The notes under the pieces: model-generated
Told to the model about the DNA's origin: nothing
What the model saw: only the letters and a program-made list of their open reading frames with translations
Databases searched by the model: none
Shown here: positions 39,103-50,711 of the stretch, one piece after another
Numbering within the stretch: the stretch's first letter is position 1
How the letters are laid out: the number at the start of each line of letters is the position of its first letter
Made by a program: the position numbers and the translations under genes
DNA from: Moniliella sp. 'wahieum'
Lineage: Eukaryota
Length of the DNA stretch: 64,000 nt
Assembly (NCBI GenBank): GCA_003971905.1
Contig: RSEE01000023.1
Location: 186,001 to 250,000, forward strand
Direction: 5' to 3'

Positions 39103-40093
39103 TTAAGGCTTCTTGATAGCCGGACCATTGGTGACCGAGGCGTGTTGGCGACAGTTGGAGCTCTTGCCAGCTGGCTGGGCCGAAGGCGTAGGCTCGATGC
39201 CCTGGTACCAGGTGCTACCGCCATACACGCCAGGGGGGTGACCCGACTCGCCGTCGCATTGCTCAAAGCTGTTGCCATAGGACGCAGGCTCATTCCAGTA
39301 GCACCCCATGACGTCGTAAATGTGGGGGCAGTAACGACGCGCCGTGGGCGAATCGCCAAAGCAGGCGCGACGGAAACAGTATTCGTTGTGCGACATAAAG
39401 GATTGCCACTCGGAAGGCGCTCCCAGTTGCCAGTGCGGGCACGTGTGAAACCAGACCTCCAATGGGGTTGCCGGATCCGGTGGCACCATGAGGGTCGAGC
39501 TCGCCACCCTCGTCGCCAGGCTGGATGTTCAGCTTGGTAAAGTCGCCGTGGCCGGTGACCTGACAAAGTGAGGCGTCTTGAGGAATGAGCACCGTGGATG
39601 GTACCTTCAGGAATGAGCCGAGTACCGTATCCCGACTGGACGAAAGGGCAAAAAGAAGGGAAAAGAAATCAGTTAGCTCTTTCCCCCTTGTCGATATGGA
39701 CGTATGGAGAGCGGGTTCGTACCTTGAGACAGTATGAGATCATCTTCTCCTCCAGAGCTCCCACGGTGCCACCGGGACCGGGCTTGGCCTTCCAGGGGGC
39801 CCAGAGACAAAAGTCCTTGACACTGTACGAAAAGAAGGAAACAAGGATTAGGAAAGATGCGAGGGTGAAGGAACAGGATCTAGCAAACCTGTTAATGTAG
39901 GCGTTCTGGCAGTGACCCTTCTTGGTCGAGTCACCGTACCGCTTCGTACAATCGTTCCAGCCAAACTGACCGCCCTTTTTGTCGACCTTGGCGGGCAGGT
40001 TGGCGGGGTTTTGGTACTTGTTGCCGTATTGGTCTTGTGCAACGACCGAGACGGCGCCCAGGCAAGGACAGAAAGAAGGTTGCGCAGCTGCAT
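39103..40093 (-). CDS. Secreted basidiomycete MP88 / macrophage-activating-glycoprotein-like Cys-containing protein
   Basis: GQFGWNDC; CQNAYIN|SVKDFCLWAP; SYCLK|SGYGTRLIPEGT; QVTGHGDFTKLNIQPGDEGGELDPHGATGSGNPIGGLV; EWQSFM..CPHIYDVMGCYWNEP; two introns. Confidence 0.85.
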
Positions 40094-40957
40094 GGAAAGG
40101 GTCGCGGAGAGAAAGACAGAGGTGTGGGGGCAGGCTGTCGGAAAAGAACGGAGAGAATAGGAGGGGGGAGGAAGGACAACAAGAGTGGAGGGGCGGCGGG
40201 GATGATGGCAGAGATCCGGATGAGTGTTCGGCCCCTTAAATATATTCACGTTTGGTGGGTACTATAAGCGTCCCGTGTGTTGGAGGATGGGCGGGGTGGC
40301 CACCTGGAATGCACGGAATGTATCTCAGATCCATAGGTCTCGAGTAGTGGGGTGTTCCACCCGTTCCTACTACTGGGTCTGTAGTGGCTAGTGACTAGTC
40401 CACCGGCGAGTGGCGCCGATGAGGCGGTAAGGTAGGGAGCCACGGCGGTATGGGACGCGGGAGATGCGCTGAAGGGCTGAGCGGCCCCATGCCCGAGGGC
40501 CTCAGGCGCCAACAGATCTGCGAGTCCTCCGTGGCTGAAGAGGCGCTGAGGCGACTGTGACCAGGCTTGGGGATTGCAGGGTGACACAAGTGACATGTCA
40601 CGCTAAGGCGCTGGGGAGCGCAGCTGGCCCAGAGACTGCCACACGCAGGCCCTGCGGTCGATGGCTGGTGGAGAGAGGAACTACTTGTGGCCTCTACGAT
40701 CTGCGACCGCCTTGATGGCCTGCGCGGAGGCTGCTACCGGCTGCTGTACCCTATGCTACTCAGGCCCCAGGCACTGGCCCAATGCCTTGCTTGGCCGTTC
40801 TTGGCTCTTTCTGTCCCTCCCTCTGGCCGGGCCTGTGCCTGACTTTGCAACGTGCCAAGTCTGTGACGTTGAGGTAAAAAGCGCCAAGACCGCTCTACGC
40901 TCCAGCTCCAGCCCTCCTGCCTCCAACAGCTCAAGTCCCCAGATATCAGATGCCCTG

Positions 40958-40993
40958 GATCATCGATCATCGATCATCGATCATCGATCATCG
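40958..40993. repeat. (GATCATC)5 heptamer array
   Basis: gatcatcgatcatcgatcatcgatcatcgatcatcg. Confidence 0.9.
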
Positions 40994-41160
40994 CCCTCGC
41001 TGGAGTGTTTCACCACCTGGTAACCACACGGAGCATCTTTGCGCGTTTACATTTTTTACACGATCATCTCCCTTGAAACGTCGAAGCTCGAGCGCTCGAG
41101 CAGAGGATTACCTTGCAACTCATGCACTCGGGGGCGGGGTCGCACTAACAAACACCATAA

Positions 41161-41190
41161 AGCTCAAGCTTCAAGCTTCAAGCTTCAAGC
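41161..41190. repeat. (CTTCAAG)n array (reverse orientation of the TTGAAGC motif)
   Basis: agctcaagcttcaagcttcaagcttcaagc. Confidence 0.85.
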
Positions 41191-41462
41191 CGCTTCGAGA
41201 GCAAGTAGCGTCCATCATTGACATCGCGAACCTCGTCTTCAAGCTATACAGAAGGCTACGCAGGCAATGGGTGGGAAGACCATATTATAGGTACCACATC
41301 TTTTCGTCTTTGCTCAGTTGAACGAGCACTGGCTGGGTCGTGGAGAAACGTTGAAGCATAGAAAGCTTTGGTATCCGTAGCTTATTCTTGTGGTTTGGGG
41401 TGGACCATGGATCCTCTCGTACCATGCAATACAGAGGGAAAGGTCGTGTCCCGAGTATTAAG

Positions 41463-44400
41463 CTAGCTACGCAGCAAGGCCTTGGCCTGTACAATTGGTT
41501 GCCAACTTGCGTGTGTTCGCCGCTGCGATGATCACATCCGGGTCAAAGTCCACGTTAAACGAGGTCCGGATGGCCGTCGAGAGAGCCTTGGCTTGAGCCA
41601 CGTTCCAAATGAAGAAGTCGTCCGCATCCGCCTTGGCTGGCGGGCCCTCGGCCGTGCTACTTTCCGCCGCGTATTCTTGTTCCGAAAACTTGACAATCGG
41701 CGCAAGCGCACCATACACTTCGGACTCCGTCTTGGCCGGGTGCACTGAAAGGGAAGAAAGGGAAACATTAGCATCCTTTTCAGGGCATCGCAAGAGGCAT
41801 CAAGACAAGAACTCACCATAGATCTCAATCACGCTCGACTTTGCCAGAACTCCATGCTTGCCATCATGGTGATAGCGCAACTCGTACAATCCGGGGGCCC
41901 AAACGAGCTTATCGCCTTCAAATACGACCGTGCCGTTGTCCGAGCTAGCTGCACCTGGGCGATCAATCAGTTGGTCTCCCTGCCACTGGTCGGGCGCCAC
42001 ACCAACCCACTTGCCTTGACTCGTAATGAGGGTCACTGTATGACCATGGTTCGCCGTCTTCTCAGCCCCCGCTGCTGCCAGGCGGTTGAGAGAGTAGAGA
42101 CCAATCCAGTCCGCTCGGCTGTGGCTCGCTTCAGCCGTCCATGTCGCCTTGATCGGCTCGCCCACATAAAACTTGTTCGCGACGGGCGAAAGAGAGTACC
42201 GAGCCAAGTCCAAGCCCGAAATCTCATCGTCCTTACGCACAATCAGAAGCTTGTCCCGGCGTGCCTGAATCGCAGCCTTGGTATCTGTCACTCCGGTGCT
42301 AACTAGACCGCGGGACCGATGGACGAGTTGCTCCAATGCACCCTGCGCATCGCGATATGCCTCCTCAAAGCTCCCCGTCAGCTCGCGCAAGCGTGGGTTA
42401 GCCATCGTCGCCTTGCGCAGCAAACTTGAACTCCGCTGTTGAATACCAGCCCGCTTGATCTGCCGTGTCACACCCGAGTCTTTGCGCACGGCCGCTTCCC
42501 CATAGAGCTTGCGCATATGCGGTCCTTCGACATAGGAGAGGAACCACCAGTGGGCCAGGTGGCTAAGCACAGCAATGACCAACACGAGTTTGCTCCCGCT
42601 AATCAAGACGCCGCCAAAGAAAGCTGCGCCGCCCATGGACCTCTCGGGGTTGTTGAGGAAGCGGTAGATGCCCGTGTAATACAGTTGGTGGGTAGTCGTC
42701 GACAAAGAAGTCGCCATAAAGCCAGCCAAAGGGCCCGAGGACCTTGTACGAGCTATGTGCCGCCCATACATGAAGGGCGAGCAAGAGAGCACCAAGTGTG
42801 GCGGAGCAAATCGGTGCCAACCGTGTAGTTCGATCCAGACAACGGAATGTAGCAGTTCCAGCACAACACCCCAAAGCTGGCGTATGTCAGGATGAGGGAC
42901 GTGTTGTAGATCACCTTCCAGTTCTGAAACGCTTCCAGGACAGCGTCACGAGGGGTGGTGTAGCTGTAGTGTTTCACATAGTGCCGCACCATCCAGCGGC
43001 TTTGAGACTGCTCATGCAGTACTGCGCCGAGACCAAATGAATGCAAGAGGCGCCAGAAAAGAGCATTGACAAACAGCAATCCCAAACGGGTCCGTGGGCC
43101 CATTGCGGGTAGCACCCACGGCACCACTGCATACACCACCGCGGTCAAGAGTAAAAAGTCCGAGCCGCGGAGGAGGTCAAGATTGTTGAAAATGACCGTG
43201 TCCTTGCGGAAGAGGCGATGGTGCATGTCGTGGAGGGTCATGGTCGTTGAACGCTCGGGTTGCTCGGTGTCTAATGGGGTCTGCTCGTGAATGGTATCAG
43301 TGTCGATCGAAGCACGAGATCCCGTTACCGTGGTGGTATCTGCCTTCTCTTCGTCTGATAAAGCCGTACTTCCGCTTGTTTGACTTGGCGTAGGGGCGTC
43401 CGCCTCCGAGACAAGAGAACTCGAGTGAATATGACGGTAGCTGGAGGCTGGAGAATCGGACGAAGAATTGCTGCCAGCGGGGAACGAAGGCTCGATTCCA
43501 GCAGCAGCCTGGACAGACGCCTGGTTATATAATGCCTTATTGAGGGGATGCGTGCGGCGAGGGGCTTCTTCTCCCCATAGACGCGAGAGATGTGGGGGTT
43601 CTCAAAGTAATTGAGGAAACAGGCTTGACCAAAGTGGGCTGCGAGGGATACGAAGAGAACAGCATAGCTGCCCGACATCAATGACAGGCCATAGTAGCCG
43701 GCATAGCCAATGCTGTACATGGGATCGGGAGCAATTTCGTACACTCCGTCAAAGACCAAGTTTTGAAGCATGAGGAAGAAGCAGTCGCCCCAGTACCATG
43801 CAAAATCGCCCACAATCTTGTGAGCATCAACTTTAACCCAGAGGTTGAAGAGAATGATGACGGTGCCAACAACGTAGCGGGCGAGATGCATGAGCAGGTT
43901 GTGGCCCTCGGGCAAGCGGAAGCATGAGAAAGCAAAGAGACTGTAGGCGACAAAATCGTTAAGCAAGATCACGTCCACCAGTGAACGGAAGAGGAGCCAA
44001 ACGTTGTAATCGAGAGGTACAGCGTTAAAGTCGTAGTCAGCGCCCATCTTGACCTTGAGTTCATGCTTGATCATCTGGGCTGCTTGAGGACGGCGCTTCT
44101 CGTCAAACCATCCCTCGCGTTTGACCGTGTTAACAATCCAAGCCCGCTCTGACTGTTGCTTGAGGACCCAACCCAGACCACCATTATAGGCAACGCCAAA
44201 AGGCAAAGGTGAGCAAAAAGCTTCTGAGCAGTAGACCGTGACACAAAGAGGTAGGTGAGTACCTGCAGGCCCAGCAACCCAACCGTCAGGAGGTCGAGGG
44301 GTGTCTTGGGCTCGCGCGGGTCAAATATAGAAGAGAGGACGTCGGCGGTGCGGGGAACGACAAAAACTGGGGCAAAGACCGTATGTTAGTCCATGTCAGA

Positions 44401-44757
44401 TCAAGCAATCAAAAAATTTGGCATTCGTCCAAGAAAGTAGTGACACGCACCTGTGCCATCAAAAGTGCGGCCCATAGGCCGGCCGGGCGCCTGCTTCTTG
44501 GCATGGTCATCATGGGCGACACTGTTGGAGGGTGCAGATGGCGAAGGAGTCGCAGCAGCCGCAGATGGGGCCTCCGGAGCAGCAGCGGGAGCCACTGGCC
44601 GACGCTGGGTGAGATGTGATGTGGACCCCACATTGTCACTAGCACTGACGTGCATGCCGTTGTCAGCAGCAGTGGCAGTGGCAGTGGCGGCAGGGCCAGT
44701 GCGAGCATCGGCATTAGCGCCAGCAGGCACAACAGGTGCGACGGCCGACGAGCTCAT
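41463..44757 (-). CDS. CHO2: Phosphatidylethanolamine N-methyltransferase
   Basis: GRTFDG|VFVVPRTADVLSSIFDP; YNVWLLFRSLVDVILLNDF; DAHKIVGDFAWYWGDCFF; FDGVYEIAPDPMYSIGYAGYYG; FENPHISRVYG; FGWLYGDFF; YTGIYRFLNNPE; VEGPHMRKLYG; YELRYHHDGKH. Confidence 0.96.
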
Positions 44758-47700
44758 CAGCGGCGATGGGGACGGCAGCAGTGGCGGTGGTGGTGGCAGG
44801 GAAGGAAGAAGAAGCAGGCGAAGCGGGAATGGGCATGTGCGGACGAAGCTTTTGCGCCATCCATCGCGCTAGCGGTGGACGAAGCGTAGAGGCCGCAGGC
44901 ATTGGGCCTTAGGAGGGAGCACGGGGCACGGGGCCTGAGGCCGCCGAGTGCGTGCTAGTGCGCCACGTGCTTGACACCGTGCTGAGGCGCGGGGGGCGCC
45001 AGGGCCAGCACGTGTGGGCTGGTGCCTGCGTGGCTACCACCGGCCGGAAGCGGCCCGAGCCATCTGCAAGTGGAGCCCTCCCCCCTGCAGAGCGCCAGTG
45101 TCCCGTTACCGACGCTGTGATTACGTACCCCACACGACCAGCCACGCCCGCACGGCGCCACACTCCACCTCTGGCACCCCCGGCACCGGGGCACTGACCG
45201 TACGCTGGCGCTGAACCGTGCGCGTGATCCATCACCGATGGCCGGTGATCCCGCCCTCGACCAGCTTTCATATGCCACGCACAGCACCAGTGTGTCCTGC
45301 TTTGCGCCGCTGGGGTTTACGTTTCATATTTCAATTTCTGCTTGCGCTCGTCATTCAGCCTTTGTGGCTACGGCGGATGCGTGGGCCCAAGCGCTCTCAA
45401 GCTTCAAGCTGGGCCAGTGCTCGGGAGGCCTCGGGCCTGAGCCTCAGGAGGCTAATAACCGGTTCCCGATGCCCCGGTAACGCGCGGAACGGAGATTTAA
45501 TAGACCGGCTCAGGCCTTCGTCCACAACCTCGGCGCTTTCATCAGTGTAGACAACGCCCGTCCACTGGCGAGTCCTAGTCATGGATCAGATCATGGACCA
45601 GGCCAGCCATTAGTCAGGCCTAGTCAGGCACCATGCACACCGCCCTAGTTCTCGAGGCTTCAAACTTCATCAGTTTAGTTTGGAGCCAGCGTTTGATGCC
45701 TTGAGAAGCTTGAGGAGCTTGGGGTCTAGCGACGGACTAGTACGGCAGGCAGATGGCGCGGTCTGAGCTACCAGAAGCACCAGAAGCAGATGAGCGAGAA
45801 CGAGGTAAAGAGTTGAGGGAAGAGGCGGGGGTGGTCAGGAAAACAAAACAGGAATGCGCCAACGGCGTCTACAACAATACAGTTGGAACAAGATGGAGAC
45901 GCCGTGTGGGAGCGCGGTGCAGGCCTCAGTCTAGACCAATAAACCTCCAACGATACGGCAGTGCCACACTCACAGCAGCCAACATGGCACAGCAGATGCT
46001 TCACATTGTGAAGCTGGAAGTTGCTTGAAGGGCGTCCTTGTCCGCTTCTTGATGTTATAGCGACCCCCTCTGTCACATCAGCAGTACAAGAGCCTAGGCT
46101 CCTTTGGGGATAAAGGCTTTTAAGCGGTACTGGCATACTAGTGATTATGTCTCTAATCGCCATGGATAGACGGATATGATGAGAGTGCAACGGAGACATG
46201 AAACCCCAATAGCCAAAACGCCATTCATAACAGAGTGTGATTGAAGCCCAACAGCTATCCACCTGAATTGTGGTCGATCGCCATTACCATACCCATATGA
46301 CGACGCTTTGGGCGTGTGTTCTCGATCATATAGACTGGCCACACCAAGAGGTGTCCGTGCTACTGCCGACGCTGAAGTTCTCCCTCTAGTTTAATGTGGA
46401 ACGGTGGCTACGGTGTGGCGACGGTCGCCCAGCGCAACATGTTGGGGAGAAGCCCCAGCTAACCGGGCCGTAGGCTCGATGGCCTCCTAGTATACATATA
46501 GCAAGAGAGCTACTCTCCATCATTCTATGAGACGAGCCTGTTATTGACCCTCCGCTCCAACCATATGCACGGATTATGATCCCTGCCTCTTGTGAAGCGT
46601 AGAGTATCATGACTTCATCACAGTCTTCATTCACAGCACCCTATGGCACGTCGAAGTCTCCCACATGCCTTTGGGCTTTGTGTTCGGAGCCCCGCAGTAT
46701 GATTTCCCTCTGGGATGGACGAGAATGTCAAAACTAATATCTTTCCTTATCTGCTTCTCTTTCCTGAACTCCATCTCCCCAGTCAGCTACAGCGAGGGCC
46801 TTCCTGACGGCATAAGCGCGCTTTGGCCATATATGTAGAACTATAGTTGGGGTGGGTGGGTTCGCCTGAGCACCATATTCGTTCGCAATATGGTAGGCCA
46901 AAACAGAGCACAACTTCAATCGGTTGCCTGATACTGCGGACTCAGACTGACATATGAGAGACCGTGGACCGTATGCACGCTCCTTGATTTCTCTCCCCCC
47001 CTTCGGGCCTCCTGTGTCTGTCGCCCATGCGGTCATAACCCCCCGGTATCAGCAGGACGTCTGTTTCCGAAAACTTGGAATCGCGAGGACTGTATACACT
47101 GGGGCTCGAATAACCACTTTTGGTAGCGGTTGAACCGAAAGACCGCTGTGTCACAATACAAAAAATCACGCCAAACCTTCTTCTGAGATCTGATGCAGGC
47201 TCTCTTAATCTTTGACTTCGACAAAACTCATCTCTTCGCCACAGTTGAGTGACCCACCGGACCGGAGGCCGTCTTGTATGTACACACACCATCTTTCTCT
47301 CTCCCAAACCGCTGAATATACGGTTCTACCTGCCATATTGGTCTCCGATTACCCTCTGAAGCGAACTGCCCCTTTTCATGTTTCGACTACTCTGCTACAA
47401 GTGCATGCTATTCGCGAAAGACTCATTTAGGCTTTCATTAGCCCCTGAGCGTTGTCTCTGTGCATCATTATTGTCACACAAAATATATTATGGAACCCGT
47501 ATTAAGCCGGCTGCCCTGGATGAGTTAGCACTTAGCGGTCGGATGTTGGAAGCCTATTACTATATTACTGTGGCCACTGCGTGTTATTCACACAGCATAA
47601 CAACCAAAAAGACTGCACAGCACCAACGTTATTACTGGCCGGGGTCGCTTTTGGAGATGGGCACTCACCTATATTATACAACTGCCTGAAAGAAAAAAGG

Positions 47701-48066
47701 CAAGAAGACATACTCGCCCCGAAGTCGTGAGATAGAGATGTGTCCGCAAAATGGAAACAAGCCACTGTTCTTATATATTCCCGCCGATATAGACAACGGA
47801 GATCGATGGGTCTGTGGGGTACACAGAGAAAGGATCTATACTGCATCCATATCATTGACAGAGCTTGTTATTAAGGCTGGCACAGAGACACGCTAAGCCT
47901 AAACCGACCCGTTCATTTTGCGTGAGTTACTTGGCGATTCCCCTGGTCCCCTAACAGTGGTGGCGCTACCGAGATATCAAGACCCTCTGGTGCTCGCCAT
48001 ACCTATACTGGAGTGAATATCGAAAAGGTGCTGGATATCACCTTCTTCTGAACCATATATCTATTG

Positions 48067-48094
48067 TGAAGCTTGAAGCTTGAAGAGCTTGAAG
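48067..48094. repeat. (TGAAGCT)n array
   Basis: tgaagcttgaagcttgaagagcttgaag. Confidence 0.85.
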
Positions 48095-49061
48095 AATGGT
48101 CGTTTAACATTTAGGGTTTAAACGCGGCCATCTTCTATTCGAGGGAGGGGCAAGATGGCGACGGACAGCACACACGCCGATTAATGAGCAAGAGTTGGTA
48201 TGCGACACAGCGTTTCTTTGTCCTTAATTTTAAGCTTCGCAAATGATCCGAGTGCTGCAACGCAACTTCAGGATTGCGTGTGCGATATGTTGCTGGGGCA
48301 AGTATTGGGTGTGCGTTGTGTTGTTGGGACAGACACAAGCCCACACACGCTTGGTGCTGGGTGTTTTGTGTGCCAAAAATGCTATTGCAATTAACAACAA
48401 ACGCCCGGCACCTTGGCTTGGTGCGCGGCCAACAACTGTGGAATGACTTTGGCTCATTTCGTCCGCCTCAGCGGCCCTGCGCCACATGTTTCAGAATGGC
48501 AGGGCGCGTGGGCCTATTGCAAGGACCTATGGTCGCCGTCGGCGCCTGGGATCCGATATCGGACGCACAGCGCCAAGTGTAGCGCCTGGCGCCAGTACTC
48601 AGTACTCCGTATACACGACAGTTCTCACGCCATCACGCCTGCGTCGCGGTCCGACCCAGCACGCCCAGGTCTCCTGCCAGCTCCTGCCCGCCAGATCAGT
48701 CAGATCGCCACACAAGAACGGCGGGTGGGCTTCATTAAAATAGGCTTTTGTATGCGTGTGGGCGCTTGAGCGCTCGAGTGCCGGAGCCAGCGCCCCTGTG
48801 CCAGCCAGCTGCTCTGTCCTGAGGCCTGAGGCAACTAGCAACTAGCAAAAAGGAGCCATACCCAACTAGTCAATGCACATGAGCCACGCCCAGCCGCCCC
48901 CCCTTCCCCTCCCCTGTACGTGAACGTTCTTGGGGGGTGCCGGTGTGTAGTGCGTTTGGCAACAGGACTACATCCCTACACCACCACCACCACCTTCTCC
49001 TGCTCTTCCTTCTTGCCTCTCTTCGTGTTGCCTTGGACCGAGACTGTGGCGTGGTAAGCCA

Positions 49062-50478
49062 ATGGGCTTCTATGCGCTGACTACGATGCGCGTCGTGCCC
49101 GCCGCAGTGCGCGAGTTGGATCCCCACGATGCCCTCCTGGGGTTGCCCCTGCCGCCCCCCCTTGCCCACCGGCGCAGCATCGTGGGCGATACCCATATTC
49201 AACCCCAACCCCCCCGCCCGCACCATCATCACCGCCTCACTACTATCCGGCCACCCCACCACCACCATCACCACCTGTCGGAGCTGCCTCCCCTGTCGGC
49301 GGAGGAGCAGGCAGATGAGCATGCTCTGTCCCGTGTTCGCGCACGCATTCCCATGGCAGATCGCCACATCCAGCGCCTCGTTGACGCTGCCGCCGACTGG
49401 GCGTTCGAACACCCCTCGGTCGTAGCCCCTCCTCCAGATTTTGAACGCCTGGTATTGCACAAGCTCGATGCCCACCTTCCACTTGATGATGGGACGCACT
49501 ATGCCCTACGCCTTTCCTTTCGCACTCCCTCCCTGTCCCGAATAACCTCGCCTGGACGACGCAGTGCCAGAACAGCTTCTCCAGCCGACTCAGAGTCCTT
49601 ACAGCTATCTCCACGCGTATCTTGTTCTTCCTCACTCTCTTCGTCGTCATCTGGGCACGCCCCCTGGGGGCTTACCGCCCACATATCGGTCGCACCCTAT
49701 ATGGGCAACACCCCGCCTTTGGTCCGACTGGACTGGGTACCTTCACGCCGGTTCCCAAGTCATCCGGTTGCCAATGATATCCCAGCAGCGTTTGGTGTGA
49801 TCCACAAACATCAGCACGGAACGGTACGAGGCCGCGCAAGACCGGGTTCAAGCCAACTTGACCCAGCACTTTGTGCGCAATCCTCAGCGGATCTCCTGGC
49901 ACCTGTCTCAGCACCGTTACAGCGACCGTTTTCAGAAAGCGCGCCAAGGCGCTCGTCATCGTAGTGCCACTACGACGAGCGCCTGGCCACCATCTGCTAG
50001 CTCGGCCACCAGCTCCAACACAGAGCAAGTTGTGGGCGCAGCGGCGGATTCCGCTTCTAGTCGCCGCACCAGGGGTATGTCTCTCTCCTCAGGTGGGCCG
50101 AAGGGTCCGTACTCAGCTTCTCCGGACGAGGTGGAGCACCGTGCTCAAGAGGGGGATGCTCAAGGGTACGTTTGTGTTCGATGCACTTCTCTGGTCTCAG
50201 GATGCGATGGGCCATACCCGTCTGTTGGAGTCGGGCATTGCCAACTTGATCCTCGAGGACACCATTTTGCCCGAAGACAAACTTGATCGATTTATCACGC
50301 CAATTGTCAAGACACGGGATGGGCCGTTGCCGGCCTCCTGCGCGCCGAGTTGCTTGCTCGTGGCATCATTTCCGAAGGCGATGTGCGTGTGCAAGACCTT
50401 GTTCAACAGCCGGGGCGGTGGCGGATCTATTTGTGTAATGCGGTGCGGGGTGTGTTTGAGGTGGAATTGGCTACTTGA
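49062..50478 (+). CDS. PLP-dependent class IV aminotransferase-like protein, aminodeoxychorismate lyase (Abz2)-like
   Basis: DRHIQRLVDAA; HKTSARERYEAA (after frame repair); FDALLW..LLESGIANL; FITP; ELLARGIISEGDVRVQDL; IYLCNAVRGVFEVEL. Confidence 0.75.
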
Positions 50479-50711
50479 TTGTCTATTGCACCTGTCCCCT
50501 GGCTTTTGCCAGAGGGACTTTCCTTCTCTCTTGACGCGACACGGTGCATCGTGTATCATAATATTTTGATCGTTTTGATGACTCTACGTTGTAGAACGAT
50601 GCGTTGGTCGCGTAGGAGAACATCATCAGGACAAATAAAGGCATAACACGGGGGGCGAGATAATAGACAGGTATTGAAAGAAGAGGGACAGGCTGAATAG
50701 GGGTGAAGCAA

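Noticed and set aside
46942..47307. TDVLLIPGG as a DJ-1/PfpI or glutamine amidotransferase motif
   Set aside because: No downstream nucleophile-elbow motif or other supporting sequence; probably chance.
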